64,000 bases of DNA from a virus (lineage: Duplodnaviria; Caudoviricetes). Location of the stretch: positions 64,001 through 128,000 of the IMG/VR virus record IMGVR_UViG_3300031555_003626; one strand, 5' to 3'. The translations under genes were made by a program, and so were the position numbers. The notes under the pieces are model-generated. The model was given only the letters and a program-made list of their open reading frames with translations, did no database searches and was not told the origin of the DNA. Of this stretch, positions 1-9,490 are shown piece by piece (the stretch's first letter is position 1; each line of letters begins with the position of its first letter).

Positions 1-1
1 T

Positions 2-832
2 ACCGGTCGTGGCGACTGTGTAGCATTAGTAGAAATTAACGAGTCTAGCTATGTTAATGACGCAAAAGGCCGTCCTGAAGCTAAAATCTTAGCTGCTGCA
101 GAGAAGATGAGCTATATTACTGCAGACAATGGTCCTTACTGCACATGTACAGTTCCTAGCGTTGTTTACAAGATGACCCCCGACACAGACTTTGATAGCA
201 ACATGAAATTCCCTGGTGCGTTCCACTACCTTGCTTGCTATAAGAGAATGATTGATTCTAACTTTGCTGAGTGGTATGCTGCTGCTGGTTATACTCGTGG
301 CGTATCTAGCTACACTGTTGATCGTACTTCTGTTAAACTTGGTGAAGTTGCTATTCAGGCACTTGAGCCTAGATATAAGAGACCTGCTCCTTATGATTAC
401 AAAATGCCTTTTGCAGTTAACGTAATTGCTAACTTCCGTGGCAGCTACTACCTCTGGGGCAACAGAACTTGTAGTCTTCTTGGAGAATTTGGTACCTCTA
501 AGGGTGACCTTACTGCACAGCACTTCTTAAACATTAGACACCTCTGCACAACTATTAAGAAGCAGCTTTATGTATCTTGCCGCAGATTTACTTTTGATCC
601 TAATAGCGATGTACTTTGGATTAACTTCAAGAACTCTATCACTCCTACACTCGATAGAATGAAGGCTGACCAGGGCGTAAGAGACTATAAGATTGAAAAG
701 GTATATACTGATAAGAAAGCTACGCTTAGAGCTAAGGTAAGAATTGTTCCGATTGAAGCTGTTGAAGACTTCGTTCTTGAGATTTCTCTTGAAGACTCTC
801 TTGGCGATACCGCTGTAACAGTTACTGAGTAA
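2..832 (+). CDS. Tail sheath protein, C-terminal part (5'-truncated by window)
   Basis: Frame is open from base 2; sheath-like motifs RGDCVALVE, YLWGNRT, LNIRHL, FDPN and VRIVPIEAVE; lies directly before the tube gene. Confidence 0.85.
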   Translation, partial: TGRGDCVALVEINESSYVNDAKGRPEAKILAAAEKMSYITADNGPYCTCTVPSVVYKMTPDTDFDSNMKFPGAFHYLACYKRMIDSNFAEWYAAAGYTRGVSSYTVDRTSVKLGEVAIQALEPRYKRPAPYDYKMPFAVNVIANFRGSYYLWGNRTCSLLGEFGTSKGDLTAQHFLNIRHLCTTIKKQLYVSCRRFTFDPNSDVLWINFKNSITPTLDRMKADQGVRDYKIEKVYTDKKATLRAKVRIVPIEAVEDFVLEISLEDSLGDTAVTVTE

Positions 833-854
833 TTTGAAAGGAGATTAATATATT

Positions 855-1436
855 ATGGCAAACAGTTTAGATGCTCAACACATTAGTACAAATCTTGCGA
901 ATTACGAAGCTGCCAGAACTGGTTTCTTCTCGCTGATTGTTGATGACCTCGATAATATTATAAAGGCAACTTATACCGGAGACCACTCTGCTGCTCCTGC
1001 TTCGGATAAGATTGCAAAAGCTCAGGAAGCTCTTAAGCTTAATGTGCTTACTGCCGATGTTCCTCACTTCGAACTTGAAACACTTCAGTACAAGAGAGGT
1101 AATGAAGTAGTTAAGTTTGCAGGTGTTCCTACATTTAACTCTGGCTCTGTAAAAGTTGATGACGTTGTTGGTATTGACACTAAGGCAATTCTCATGGCTT
1201 GGCAGGGACTTGCTTACAACGTTCATACTCGTAAGGGTGGACGTATGGCTGATTATAAGCGCAACTGCACACTCGTCGAGTACACTCAGGATTATGAACA
1301 GGTTAGATCTTGGACACTTTACGGATGCTGGATTAAGGGCTTATCTGAAGATGCTTTTGATAAGGAAAATGATGGTAAGCGTGCAATTACTGCAACTATT
1401 GAGTACGACCGTGCTATTATGAATGAAGCAGAATAA
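855..1436 (+). CDS. Tail tube protein (T4 gp19-like)
   Basis: Follows sheath; motifs GNEVVKFAG, AWQ, YKRNCTL, WTLYGCWI, ATIEYD. Confidence 0.85.
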   Translation: MANSLDAQHISTNLANYEAARTGFFSLIVDDLDNIIKATYTGDHSAAPASDKIAKAQEALKLNVLTADVPHFELETLQYKRGNEVVKFAGVPTFNSGSVKVDDVVGIDTKAILMAWQGLAYNVHTRKGGRMADYKRNCTLVEYTQDYEQVRSWTLYGCWIKGLSEDAFDKENDGKRAITATIEYDRAIMNEAE

Positions 1437-1452
1437 GAATAATTAAAACTTT

Positions 1453-1493
1453 AAAAAGAAAGATGCTAAACTAAATTGGCATCTTTCTTTTTT
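1453..1493 (+). terminator. Rho-independent terminator
   Basis: AAAAAGAAAGATGCTAA/TTGGCATCTTTCTTTTTT stem with T-run. Confidence 0.8.
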
Positions 1494-1528
1494 CTCTAAA
1501 TAAATTTAATAAATCTATTTATACATTT

Positions 1529-1537
1529 GCTAAATTA
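1529..1537 (+). promoter_or_regulatory. Putative late promoter motif GCTAAATTA (also at 10856, 17346, 18307, 22822, 24220, 26649, 39702, 55328, 59634)
   Basis: Exact 9-mer recurs 10 times, intergenic, on the + strand, upstream of starts including tail genes; no conserved -35. Confidence 0.75.
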
Positions 1538-1582
1538 TATGATTGTTCCAGGACAAAATAATAACTGAAAGGACAACTGTTT

Positions 1583-1747
1583 ATGGGACGAAAAAAAGTA
1601 GATAGAAGCGATAAAGTAATACAAACTTTTGAATCTTCACGGCCGCTTATACTACGGCTAAAAGAAGTCGCGCAAAGGAAGAATATAACTACATCTGCGC
1701 TAATTCGTGAAATTCTTGAGAAGTATTTTGAAAATCGTGATATCTAA
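1583..1747 (+). CDS. Ribbon-helix-helix (CopG-like) DNA-binding protein, 54 aa (not in ORF track)
   Basis: MGRKKVDRSDKVIQTFESSRPLILRLKEVAQRKNITTSALIREILEKYF; GAAAGGA RBS. Confidence 0.75.
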   Translation: MGRKKVDRSDKVIQTFESSRPLILRLKEVAQRKNITTSALIREILEKYFENRDI

Positions 1748-1773
1748 AAAATAAAAGAAAGGTAAAATTTATC

Positions 1774-2541
1774 ATGGCAGAAAGAAACACTAACTACACT
1801 ATTATGGAGGGCTATGAGCTGCCCTCTGGTGGCAAAATTTACGAAACAAAAGTAGACCCGCACGTTGAACTCCGAAGCATGACGGCAAGAGATGAAATGA
1901 AAAGACTCTCTCCTTCTAGCACGCCCTTGAAGACACTCGCAGACATCATTGAGGATTGCTTTATTGAAAAGCCCGCTATTCATGTTTATGACATGTGCTT
2001 GGGTGATTATGAATTTTTACTTCATAAATTAAGAATTGTGACTTATGGTGAAGATTACAAGGTAACTCTTAAGTGCCCTGAGTGTGGTGAAATTGTAGAA
2101 ACAACTGCAAAGCTTGGCGATATTGAGCTCAAACCTTTTGATGAAGAAGAAATTAATAAATACAGAACTTTTGTACTTCCTAAAAGTAACCGAACTGTTA
2201 CTCTAAAGTTTAACACTCCTAGAATGACTGAAGAGATGGAAGTTAAAGTTAAGGAAATGAAGCGTAAGTACAAGATGGCCACAATTGACTTTGAGACTCT
2301 TGTAAAGCTTCTTTGCGCAATTGACTATGTGGACGGCGAAAAGAAGCCTGAGCATGAGCTTGAAAACTTTATTACTAATTTACCAGCCCTTGACTTACAA
2401 AAATTATTGAATAATATCGATAAGTTAAATACTCTCATCGGCTTAGAAAATATTCTTTATGTAACTTGCCCTAAGTGCGGTGAAGAGATAACGTCGTTCT
2501 TTCGCTTCGGGCCCGAGTTTTTTAGACCCACAAACATCTAA
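1774..2541 (+). CDS. Tail/baseplate hub assembly chaperone (T4 gp26-like, two CxxC motifs)
   Basis: ELPSGGK, LRSMTARDE, LRIVTYG, CPECG/CPKCG, ends EFFRP; lies between tube and tape measure. Confidence 0.75.
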   Translation: MAERNTNYTIMEGYELPSGGKIYETKVDPHVELRSMTARDEMKRLSPSSTPLKTLADIIEDCFIEKPAIHVYDMCLGDYEFLLHKLRIVTYGEDYKVTLKCPECGEIVETTAKLGDIELKPFDEEEINKYRTFVLPKSNRTVTLKFNTPRMTEEMEVKVKEMKRKYKMATIDFETLVKLLCAIDYVDGEKKPEHELENFITNLPALDLQKLLNNIDKLNTLIGLENILYVTCPKCGEEITSFFRFGPEFFRPTNI

Positions 2542-2746
2542 TGACGGCTCGCCTTATGGCCCGAAACACTTTAAAGAATTAGTTAAAGAATGCTGGTATA
2601 TAAGTGATAGCTTACATACCAGCTATACAGATATACTTGATCTATCTTATGCAGAAAGAATATATCTAATTGAATTTATTAACGCTAAAAACGATGCTAC
2701 CCGAAAAGCTTTTGAAGACGCTCGACAAGGTGCTCAATTTAGGTAG
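2519..2746 (+). CDS. Startless extension of the chaperone, likely reached by a programmed frameshift
   Basis: 75 open codons with no ATG/GTG/TTG; overlaps GAG-TTT-TTT-AGA; SYTDILDLSYAERIYLIEFI resembles tail chaperone second domains. Confidence 0.65.
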   Translation, partial: FLDPQTSNDGSPYGPKHFKELVKECWYISDSLHTSYTDILDLSYAERIYLIEFINAKNDATRKAFEDARQGAQFR

Positions 2747-2774
2747 GAAAAAAATTATCGGGAGGAAATCTTAA

Positions 2775-5700
2775 GTGGCTTTTGAAAACAATCAACAAGA
2801 TGCTTTTAATTTAAGAAATGATACTGAAAACTTAAAGCTATTTCAGTCAGAGCTAGATAAAGCTACTATGTCGATAGGAGCAGCAGAAATGGCTGCTGAG
2901 GAGGAACTAGCGAAGCGGAAGCTTAAAAACTTAAACGAGTTACAAAAGGCAAAAATACAGCAGTTAGATCGCTTAATTGCTCAGGAAGAAGCCGGAATAA
3001 GAGACCTTGCAAATGCAAGATTAACACTATCCGATAAGCAGTTCGAATTACGTAAAAAAGAAATTCAAAAAGAATTTCAACTAGCCAAAGATGCAGCGGA
3101 AGAGCTACTTAAGATAACCAATAAGAAAAACCAGGCGTCTGCAAAGCGACCGGCTTCTAGCGCCAAAGAAAACTCGCCTACTTCCAAAGCTAAACAAACG
3201 ACTGCAGACTCTGGAAAAACTAACAATCTTGAACTTATTAATCTAGTAAGTTCAATCGATCAAACGCTTGGCTCATTACACAGTACTGTAGCTGACCTTA
3301 GCAAAGCAAAAAATAAGGATAATAGAAAAGAGTCAAAAGCTCAAAATACTTCACCTTCAGCTGCAAAAGATCTTAAGACTAACATTTCCACAAATGTACC
3401 AACGAATGTCGCTAAGGTGCCTCCAGATGGTGATAAACCAATTGAGGTTAAGTCAGAAGAGCCCAAAGAACGGAATTTTACTGATAGCGCAAAAGGCTTA
3501 AAAGAGGTTGACTTAGGTAAACATTCTTTTGAGTCTGTTAGTAACGAATTCGATAACCTTAAAAAATCTTTAGCTGGAAAAGATAATGCACAAACACGTA
3601 AAGATTTAGACGCAATTGTCAAAAAGGGAGAAAAAGCTCCGCAAGCTTCAATAGACGCGGCGGGAGACCTATTAAAAAGTATTGAAGCGGCTAATGATGC
3701 TGAGCAAAAGCTCAAAGAATTTAATGAAGCTAGTGTGCTCACTAAGCGACTCCGTGCAGCTGACGCCGAGCACCAGTTAAGAAAAGCACATGCTGATGAA
3801 GCTCGAGGATCTGCTGAAAAAGCTGAAGCTATTAGTGCAAAAACTAGGGACCTTGAAATTAATAGGCAAAAGTATATCGACGAAGAAAAACAAGCTTTAG
3901 AAAACAGCTTCGCAGAAAAGCGAAATGCACTCACTACTGAGTATATAAAATCAGAAGAGGCCAGAGCATATGCACTTGCTCATAAAAAAGAGCTTTTAGA
4001 CCTAGAGGGACAAAAACTTAGGAATGAGCATTCTTTAGCTGCGTATAAAGCAGAGACAGCTAGGAACAGTGCAGCGGCCAAAGCGGAAGATCTTAAGAAT
4101 AATGACGCAAAGTATTTCCAAGAAGCATATTGGGCACAAGAACAGGCATATGCAGATAATCAAAACAAGCTAAATGAAGAGCGTATAAATACTGAAGCTG
4201 CTTTAACATTTGCATTAACTCATGAAAAAGAACTCTTAGAGCAAGAGGCCCAAAAACTTGAAAATGCGCATGCTAATGCAAACTTAAAAGCCATACTAGA
4301 TAATATTGCAGCTGAGGCTGAGGCAAAGGATCTTGAGCACAATCGTGCACTATATGCGCAAGAAGAAGATAGGGCGCTTAGAATTGCACAGCTTAAAGAG
4401 CAAAATAAACTTGCGAAAGAGCAAATAGCAGCTGAGGCTAAATTAAAAGCTATTGAAAACAACAATAGCACTGTTCTTAATCAAGAAGCTCATAAATTAC
4501 GCATTGGGCATATCGAAGCAGAGCATAAGGCAATGGAAGACCTTATTGCAGCTCAAGCAAAAAAAGATGACCTTGAGGCCAATAGAAAAAAATACTTAAC
4601 TGAAGCAGAACAAGCGCTTAAGGTCGGACATGAAAATAAACAAAATGATCTTACGCTGGCTGGTATTAATGCAGAGGCAAAAGCCAAAGACCTTGTAAAG
4701 AACAAAGAACAATATATACTTGAGGCTCGGCAGGCGCGTGAAAATGCTTTTTACGAAGAGCAAAATAAACTTGCTGAAGAGCGGTATACAACTGAAGCCG
4801 AAATAGCTTGGGAACGCACACATAGCGAAGAGCTTATGGCCCAAGAGCTTCAGCAAAAAAGACTCAGTGGCCTAAAAGAATACCAAGAATACCAGAAAAA
4901 AGCTGGTAAGTATTCCGTTAGCCAAGAAAAGTTTGAAAAAGATAAGGCACGAAAAGATAATAAAGCTGCTAGAAAAGAAGCTGTTGGCGGAATAACCGAC
5001 GGACTAAAGAAATTTGGTACCGGTGAGTTCTCAATGACCGATATCAAGAAGTCCTATGGCGAATATATGAATAAGCGTACTGCCGAATTAAAAGATTCTG
5101 GACTTAGTGATAGCTCTGCAAAACTAGCTGCACAATTCGAGTTACTTGCCGAGGCTGCTGGCGGTCTACAAGCAGTACTTGATGCTGACGTTAAAAAAAT
5201 ATCGTCTATGCAGGGTATCGTAGATACTCGACTACAGGGCTCACAAGTAAACGAGCTGAAGGGCAATTCTTATTGGAAGCAGCTTTTGAAGGATGCAAAA
5301 GGTATAGCTGGCGCATCACCTTTTATTAGACAAGAAACACTTGTTGATAATATAAAAACATTAGTTGAAAAAGGTATTTCTTTTGATGTTAAACAGCGAG
5401 CATTCTTAATGACTATTCAAGAAAAAATCGCTAATACATTTAATGTCGCTGATGGTACCTTATTGCGATTAATTCGCATTCAGCAACAAGACACCACTGC
5501 TGGGCGCCTTGGCATGGAGTCTGCTTTAAATAGCTTCTTAAACAGTATGTACGAAACTTCTGAGTACTTGGAAAATGTAGCAGCAAGCGTAAGAAGTAGC
5601 TTGGAAGAGATGCAAGCACTTATGGATGGTGCTGCTGCAACTGAAGTCGAATACCAAGTACAAAAATGGATGGGCTCGTTATATTCAGTTGGTATGTCTG

Positions 5701-6818
5701 ACAGTGCGGTACAAGGCATTGCACAAGCATTAGGCCAAATTGCAAGTGGCGACATTAGTGGAATTACTGGAAACGGTACTGGTAACCTGTTAATAATGGC
5801 TGCAAACGAAGCAGGCAAATCGATAGCTGATATTTTACAAACAGGATTAGACGCTACCGAAACTAATGAGCTCATGCAGGCAATGGTAAACTACTTAGCC
5901 GAGATTGCTGAAACATCAAATGACAGCAAAGTTGTTCAGCAGCAATTAGCTAACGTTTATGGTTTAAAGGCATCTGACTTAAAAGCAGCGACTAATCTCG
6001 CATCAAGTGTTAAAGATGTTTCTAAACAAAACTTAGCTTATAGCGGAATGCTTGGGCAGCTTCAGGCTATGATGAATACATTAAACCAAAGAACCAGTAT
6101 TAGTGAAGGTATGACTAATATGTGGGATAATGTAATGTATAGTATGGCTAGCACACAAGCAAGTAATCCTATACTTTATGCACTTCCTAAACTAGCTAAT
6201 CTGCTAAGAGATGTCACTGGTGGAAGTGGTATTGATCTACCATTCATAAACGTTTTCGGATTTGGTGTCGACTTAAATACATCTATTGCTGACCTTATGT
6301 CTATTGCTTCTATGGCCGGCACTGCTCTTGGCGCGCTTGGACCACTCTTTACAGGTTTAAGCGATCTAACGAACTCATCAGTCGGAGCCTCAATGTTGAA
6401 TCGTGCCGGAATTAAGACTTCAGGAAAAGCTCCTGTTATTGCGCGTGGCTCTGCACAACCTTTACAGAATCTTGGCGGTGCAAGTATTTCAGAGTCTGGT
6501 TATGTTGGAAATAGCTCTGGCGAAGATATTAAAAAAGCAACACTGCAAGATGCAGAGGATGATAAGAAGAAGCAGATGGTCAAAGCGAGAGAGGAAGAGG
6601 AAACCGATGAAGAGCTTAATACTAAGGCAGACATGGCAATGATCGGTATATATAATCTACTTGAAGAAGCCGTTCATGGTTCACAGACTATCCGAGTAAA
6701 GGTAGTTGGCGGCGGTTGTAATTGTAACTGTGGTAGTACCGGTGTAAAGTCTATCGAAAATGAAACACCTTCAACAAAGCCAAATGAAACTGATAATGGC
6801 AACTGGGTAATATTCTAA
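2775..6818 (+). CDS. Tail tape measure protein
   Basis: 1347 aa, long helical A/E/K/Q-rich repeats, canonical position, GGAGG RBS with GTG start. Confidence 0.75.
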   Translation: MAFENNQQDAFNLRNDTENLKLFQSELDKATMSIGAAEMAAEEELAKRKLKNLNELQKAKIQQLDRLIAQEEAGIRDLANARLTLSDKQFELRKKEIQKEFQLAKDAAEELLKITNKKNQASAKRPASSAKENSPTSKAKQTTADSGKTNNLELINLVSSIDQTLGSLHSTVADLSKAKNKDNRKESKAQNTSPSAAKDLKTNISTNVPTNVAKVPPDGDKPIEVKSEEPKERNFTDSAKGLKEVDLGKHSFESVSNEFDNLKKSLAGKDNAQTRKDLDAIVKKGEKAPQASIDAAGDLLKSIEAANDAEQKLKEFNEASVLTKRLRAADAEHQLRKAHADEARGSAEKAEAISAKTRDLEINRQKYIDEEKQALENSFAEKRNALTTEYIKSEEARAYALAHKKELLDLEGQKLRNEHSLAAYKAETARNSAAAKAEDLKNNDAKYFQEAYWAQEQAYADNQNKLNEERINTEAALTFALTHEKELLEQEAQKLENAHANANLKAILDNIAAEAEAKDLEHNRALYAQEEDRALRIAQLKEQNKLAKEQIAAEAKLKAIENNNSTVLNQEAHKLRIGHIEAEHKAMEDLIAAQAKKDDLEANRKKYLTEAEQALKVGHENKQNDLTLAGINAEAKAKDLVKNKEQYILEARQARENAFYEEQNKLAEERYTTEAEIAWERTHSEELMAQELQQKRLSGLKEYQEYQKKAGKYSVSQEKFEKDKARKDNKAARKEAVGGITDGLKKFGTGEFSMTDIKKSYGEYMNKRTAELKDSGLSDSSAKLAAQFELLAEAAGGLQAVLDADVKKISSMQGIVDTRLQGSQVNELKGNSYWKQLLKDAKGIAGASPFIRQETLVDNIKTLVEKGISFDVKQRAFLMTIQEKIANTFNVADGTLLRLIRIQQQDTTAGRLGMESALNSFLNSMYETSEYLENVAASVRSSLEEMQALMDGAAATEVEYQVQKWMGSLYSVGMSDSAVQGIAQALGQIASGDISGITGNGTGNLLIMAANEAGKSIADILQTGLDATETNELMQAMVNYLAEIAETSNDSKVVQQQLANVYGLKASDLKAATNLASSVKDVSKQNLAYSGMLGQLQAMMNTLNQRTSISEGMTNMWDNVMYSMASTQASNPILYALPKLANLLRDVTGGSGIDLPFINVFGFGVDLNTSIADLMSIASMAGTALGALGPLFTGLSDLTNSSVGASMLNRAGIKTSGKAPVIARGSAQPLQNLGGASISESGYVGNSSGEDIKKATLQDAEDDKKKQMVKAREEEETDEELNTKADMAMIGIYNLLEEAVHGSQTIRVKVVGGGCNCNCGSTGVKSIENETPSTKPNETDNGNWVIF

Positions 6819-6839
6819 AAAGAAGAGAGGAACTAAGAT

Positions 6840-8525
6840 ATGTTACAATTTAATAATAATCACATATTTACAGGTTATCTGAAGCAATTTCTCTCTTCTT
6901 TTAACCTGCCGACTTGCAAAATCTATACTGCAGAATTTGAAAAATTTTATGCTGAACATGGTTATGAAGATCCAAGAGTTATTGAATCTAATTTACCGAA
7001 AAAAATAGCGGATGCTAAAGTGCGCTCGGGTGTGGGAATTACTTATTTAAAAGATGGCTGTCCGCAACAGTATTTCTGGGACACAAGCTCTTGGGATACT
7101 AGCCTTAATTATAACAATGCAGACCAGGGTAAAATAAATAAATACTGGAAAAGCAATAAAATAGAACATTACAATGGTAATAAAATCTTAGGACTAACTA
7201 AAACATTAAAAAATCCTACAGCTTTGTATAACTATCAAACTCATGAATATTTAGGTGACTATCTCAGATTTTTAAGAGACTATGAAAATATAAACCTAAT
7301 GTCAATGTACAACTGCTTCAGCAACAGATTGTGCAATAACATAAAATTTACACTTGCGCTAAACGATACTCAAACACTTGCAGTAAATACCTATGAGACC
7401 GACTACAAAATCTATATGCTTCCAGTAAAACTTTTTGAAAAATATACTATAGCAATTGATTGCTACCAGGGCGCTGAACTCTTTTGTGGTTTTTATAACG
7501 AAAAGTTAGACTTATCTACAGAAGCAACAAAAGACCTTATTAGGCAAACATACGCAAAGATTCCGAAAGCGCTATTTAATCAACCATATGTTTATAACAA
7601 ACTCGATGTAACTTACTGGAATTGGCACGCCGAAAATACTCTACCAGAAGCACAACTATCCGAGTCTGTGCGTGAAACCTATACAAGATTCCATAATACT
7701 GATAAAATCTTAAGGTCCGAGGTAGCGGTGCGAGAAAGTGAACTTAAGCTATTTATAAAAATTCCCACAGCCAACACTTCGAGCATAGTGGTTTTAGAGG
7801 GTGACTACCGTAACTTTAATGACTCTCTTTATAGCATAAATAGCAAAGGCGGATGGCAGTATCTTGCCAACTCAACTATCATTAATTTCGAAACAAAGAA
7901 AACAGAGAAAGAGTCTAAGTTACCGGATATAAACTTACGAGAATTTAAGCCCATTAGCAAGTTACAGCTACTTGCAATAAACACGGGCATTTCATATCCA
8001 TTTGCTGATCGACTAATAGAATATTTAGTAGCAAATGTTATTGTCCCAAATGATGCTACACCTGATAACATTAAAAGGCTTCAAAAAGTAATGGAAGACT
8101 GCGGCTATAGTTTCCAAATAGACGGCATCTGGGAACCTAAAATGCAGATGATCTTATATGATTATTTAATGAATAGTGGAAAAATTGTTGTTGCTACTGA
8201 AAAAGATGAGTTCGGGAACACTCGATACGATAACAATGATAAACCAATTTATAAAACTAAAAAAGATATGATGGGCAAAACTGTTTACGATAAAGCTGGT
8301 AACCCCGTTTATTTAACAGAAGACCAGCGAACCGGAAATCTTCGACAAAAAGGTCAAAAAATGCGCTCAGACTGCTTTGACATTTTAGGTTACGTAGATA
8401 AAGACGCTGAGAAGCTTTATGCAAGCTGGAAAGTTGAGGTAAATGAAAAAACTAAAAAGCCACAGGTAACTGCAAAGACAACTTTAGAAAACGTAGATAT
8501 TTATTCAAATTTATATGACATTTAA
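6840..8525 (+). CDS. Putative virion/baseplate protein with possible peptidoglycan-binding segment
   Basis: Within tail operon; IKRLQKVMEDCGY..QIDGIW resembles PG_binding_1. Confidence 0.45.
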   Translation: MLQFNNNHIFTGYLKQFLSSFNLPTCKIYTAEFEKFYAEHGYEDPRVIESNLPKKIADAKVRSGVGITYLKDGCPQQYFWDTSSWDTSLNYNNADQGKINKYWKSNKIEHYNGNKILGLTKTLKNPTALYNYQTHEYLGDYLRFLRDYENINLMSMYNCFSNRLCNNIKFTLALNDTQTLAVNTYETDYKIYMLPVKLFEKYTIAIDCYQGAELFCGFYNEKLDLSTEATKDLIRQTYAKIPKALFNQPYVYNKLDVTYWNWHAENTLPEAQLSESVRETYTRFHNTDKILRSEVAVRESELKLFIKIPTANTSSIVVLEGDYRNFNDSLYSINSKGGWQYLANSTIINFETKKTEKESKLPDINLREFKPISKLQLLAINTGISYPFADRLIEYLVANVIVPNDATPDNIKRLQKVMEDCGYSFQIDGIWEPKMQMILYDYLMNSGKIVVATEKDEFGNTRYDNNDKPIYKTKKDMMGKTVYDKAGNPVYLTEDQRTGNLRQKGQKMRSDCFDILGYVDKDAEKLYASWKVEVNEKTKKPQVTAKTTLENVDIYSNLYDI

Positions 8526-8539
8526 GGGAGGGATAAGTT

Positions 8540-9160
8540 TTGGCAGTTGAAACAAGTTTTACTGAAAATGAAATTAAAAATCGAGCGCTTCCTGACTGTT
8601 ATATTTATATCTCGCACTTAGACGGCATTGCCCCGCAATATTGGCGTTTACCGCAATACCCCGATGAAGTTACTGATCAAATGCAGTCTGCTTTTGCTGA
8701 CCAAAATGCCTTAGGGCGTTCGGCACCTGTCTACACATTTAGTAACTCTGGTCCAAGAATAGTTCAGTTTAATCTAGAATTTCACAGAGATATGATCGAT
8801 GAGGCAAATACCGGCTATAGTAATGTAACATTAAATGATAGTGAGGACTACTCGGATAAATTAATATCGGCTCTTCAAGCAATTGCGCTACCTAAGTATA
8901 ATTTAACAAATAAAGCTATAGAACCCCCACTTGTTGCGATTAGACTAGGCAGACAAGTATTTATTAAGGGCGTGGTAACTAGTGGAATTGCAGTTACGTA
9001 CAAAAAACCAATTCTTTCTAATGAAAAATACGCTGTTGTCGGGCTTGGTTTCACAGTTGCAGAAGTTGACCCTTATGATGCTACAACAGTTTATTCAAAC
9101 GGCTCATTTAGAGGCTTAGTGTCATCTATGCGAAAAGGTATGGGAATGGAGGATAATTAA
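8540..9160 (+). CDS. Baseplate/tail tube initiator-like protein
   Basis: LGRSAPVYTFSNSGPRIVQFNLEF, ALPKY, EPPLV motifs typical of tube-initiator proteins. Confidence 0.6.
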   Translation: MAVETSFTENEIKNRALPDCYIYISHLDGIAPQYWRLPQYPDEVTDQMQSAFADQNALGRSAPVYTFSNSGPRIVQFNLEFHRDMIDEANTGYSNVTLNDSEDYSDKLISALQAIALPKYNLTNKAIEPPLVAIRLGRQVFIKGVVTSGIAVTYKKPILSNEKYAVVGLGFTVAEVDPYDATTVYSNGSFRGLVSSMRKGMGMEDN

Positions 9161-9163
9161 TAA

Positions 9164-9490
9164 ATGGATACTTTACGGAATAAAAGTTATGAAAGCTATG
9201 ATTATCTAAGCAGATACACTCAAGTACCCTACTATTTTGATGATATAAAACAGCGTGAGATTTACGGTATAGGAAATAATATGCTAAAAAATAGTCCGTA
9301 TGTATCTCATAAAGTAACTTCTGAAGATACTCTTCATAGTCTATCTTTGCAGTATTATAATAATCCTACGTACTGGTGGGTAATTGCTTATTTCAATGAT
9401 ATTCAAGATTCATTTATTTCATTAATAGACCACTACAGCATTCTTCGAATTCCTAATATTGCAGGCGTAACTTTCGGAAGGACTAACTAA
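9164..9490 (+). CDS. LysM-like baseplate wedge protein (gp53-like)
   Basis: HKVTSEDTLHSLSLQYYNNPTYWWVIAYFNDI..LRIP. Confidence 0.75.
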   Translation: MDTLRNKSYESYDYLSRYTQVPYYFDDIKQREIYGIGNNMLKNSPYVSHKVTSEDTLHSLSLQYYNNPTYWWVIAYFNDIQDSFISLIDHYSILRIPNIAGVTFGRTN

